A stretch of 64,000 bases of DNA from assembly GCA_044892505.1 (NCBI GenBank), contig CM097883.1:292454001-292518000 (forward strand). Reading direction: 5' to 3'. Positions 61,921-64,000 of this stretch are shown here, one piece after another (position 1 is the stretch's first letter; every line of letters begins with the position of its first letter). This stretch comes from Schmidtea nova (Eukaryota). A program made the position numbers and the translations under genes. The notes beneath the pieces are model-generated. The model was not told where the DNA came from and did not search any database. It saw only the letters and a list, made by a program, of their open reading frames with translations.

Positions 61921-62406
61921 ATGCGTCGAGAGTATACAAAAAAAGATAGAATGCTGGATTTGGCAAGAGTAAAGGATCAAAGCGTCTCCTTATGAACCAT
62001 CGGAAACTTAAAGCTGGGGATATTAGATCAAGAGGACAGTTATTTTTCACCGGTCGAAATAAAGGCCGTGCAGGACAAATTATTAAGGACTAAGTGAACA
62101 TTGAAATATTGCCAATTAGAGTTCGAGGCCACGAGGATAGAGTTGAGAAACTGTCAGAAGATCATCACCCAAAACTTTGTAGCGAATGACTTGAAAGGGC
62201 TCATACGACCAATTACTCTGACGGGCTGGTACCCGGTGTCTAAAAATACAGATAATAACAGTGTTACTACGGGAGATGCCAGGAAGGGGACAAGGAAGCG
62301 CCGACGCACTCACGCTCAGCGTCGACGGTAAGCGAAACAGCGCTTAGAAGAAGAGCAAAACCTACTCTTGACTAACATTGGGTGGATCCAAAATGGAGAG
62401 AATTAA
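61921..62406 (+). pseudogene. Decayed homologue of LTR ORF2 (three in-frame stops, no frameshift); probable LTR fragment of a related giant element
   Basis: FSPVEIKAVQDKLLRTK*TLKYCQLEFEATRIELRNCQKIITQNFVANDLKGLIRPI aligns with FSPEQMKDQSKKLERMQEALTATKLELDAVQRELRNCLKAVTRSYIDSELRALIRPI; Arg-rich motif retained. Confidence 0.85.
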
Positions 62407-63288
62407 CTTGCATAAATTTTATCTAATGTGATGATCGATAATTAATCTTATGTATTAAATTAATGTAAATGTTGCATTTTGTTTTGACTTTATTATAACA
62501 TTAATAAATATAGTAGTATAATTTTGTATAGTGCTTTCCAACGAATAACTTAGATGGAATTTGGAGAGGTAATTAAGAGATAGCACCCGAAATGAAATAC
62601 GAGCGCAAGGGTGAGAATGGGAAGAAATATGACCTTCTGCCAGTCGTAAGAAACCCGTACGAGTGTCAATAGGGAGTAGTTAGGGGTCTAGCACAAGCCA
62701 TTTATCCCAAGAATGTATATTTTACATAATAATTATACCGTTTACCCCTGACTCACAAAATTTCGTAATACTTTATATGTTACGCAACATTACATACGAC
62801 TTTACATGTTATGGAATAATTACGTTATCATTACATAATACTTTAAGTATTACGTGGCAATAGTGAAATCATTAAGTAATAAGTTATGTATTACGTGCCC
62901 GTTAGGTAATAATTCATTTGTTACGTAATTTTTTAAAAGACCTTTGAAAATTTATGTAATTGCTTATTTGTTATTCAATTAATGATATAACACTGAAATT
63001 TATTAATTTTTATTTATTTTTTCATAATTTTTACAAAATATATAAAATAAAATAATTTTTTCAAAATCTTTTCCAAAACTTTCAAAAATGCTCAGATTTC
63101 AATATTTTTATACCAATCTACTGAGAATTCAATAGTGAACGAAAAAAGGTCAAAAAGTAAAAACATGAAAAATTGGTCTTCTCCGATCAATTTTACATGA
63201 AAAAACCTTACTTGGTTAAAAATGGTTAGAATTCAAGAAACTTTACATACAAATAATCATAATTTAACGCTCAACAAAAAGAGTGATA

Positions 63289-63900
63289 TTAACTAAATAA
63301 ACAACAAAAAACACAAAATATTTTAAAAAATAAAACTTTATTTATATAAATCTTCTCATCTTCGGTCAAATTGTTCATCATATTCAGCAGCATCTTCACG
63401 CACCCCCATAACCACATCAATTCCTTTATAATTTCCATAAGCCAGACTAACATTTTTCTCACCCAAAGTCTTTTGTCGTCAAGATTAGTCAAGGCAATCT
63501 TAGAAGATTTATTAGTAAAGAGTTGATGATTCTTACTAACAATTCTCGACTGATCAACAGAAACTATTGAATTATTATTGTAACAATCCAGGTAAGACTG
63601 ATGATTCAGTTTAGTATCCTTCAATGTTATACCCTTAGCCTTAATGCACTCTTCATCACCTAAAAGACTGTAACACTTTGGCCTAAGGAATACCCACTCA
63701 TCATACTTGAATCCTTTATTCTCGTCTTTGAATTTACTAATGACGGAATCTAGGTTTTTCGAGTACAAGGTATGACTTGGGTTATAATTCGAAATATCTA
63801 ATAACCTATCCCTAACCATAGCAGACAAAATAATATCCAACTTACAATTCTTAACTTCCAAGAAGAAAGAATCTGTATCACCAGCGACTATACCAATCTC
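63289..63900 (-). pseudogene. Maverick pPolB C-terminal fragment
   Basis: AGDTDSFFL, KFKDE, EWVFLRPKCYS, KAKGI, ALTNLDDKR. Confidence 0.88.
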
Positions 63901-64000
63901 GCAGTTGAACGATATTTTTGTAATTCTTCATACTGGAGTTGATACATCCTAAGTTTAGATAAATCCAGTACAGTTTGACCAACGTAGCTGGGTTTTTTTA

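Overview
Very AT-rich eukaryotic (animal-type) genomic DNA with three N gaps, made almost entirely of mobile elements. The dominant feature is one giant Ty3/gypsy LTR element, 11553-40249 (~28.7 kb). It has ~3.35-kb LTRs that differ at only about a dozen positions by eye, TGTTGGG...CCCAACA termini, a TAAA target-site duplication and a tRNA-Pro-like PBS. If four frameshifts and three in-frame stops are bridged (inference), 17420-32912 reads as one ~5,100-codon polyprotein. Domain order: Gag (3 CCHC knuckles), four ubiquitin-like domains, AT-hook, Bcl-2-like domain, internal signal peptide, class III (chuvirus/gB-type) fusion glycoprotein with TM, protease, RT, RNase H, integrase, ankyrin repeats, FN3-repeat membrane protein. 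Env therefore lies between gag and pol. Separate ORFs encode an IAP-type RING protein, a full-length TRAF, two coiled-coil proteins, a small membrane protein and two LTR-internal proteins. Each has a YAG splice-acceptor-like motif 1-5 nt before its ATG. Size and cargo recall the giant 'Burro' retroelements reported from the planarian Schmidtea mediterranea; this is from memory and unverified, and the host is not established. The element sits inside a Chapaev3-like DNA transposon that also carries an internally inverted hAT insertion. The rest of the window holds Maverick/Polinton remnants, two small degenerate gypsy elements, a non-LTR RT remnant, MITE/foldback elements, a C-type lectin gene, a nuclear-receptor fragment, a small secreted-peptide ORF and a decayed homologue of an LTR ORF. 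All domain calls were made by eye; no searches were run.
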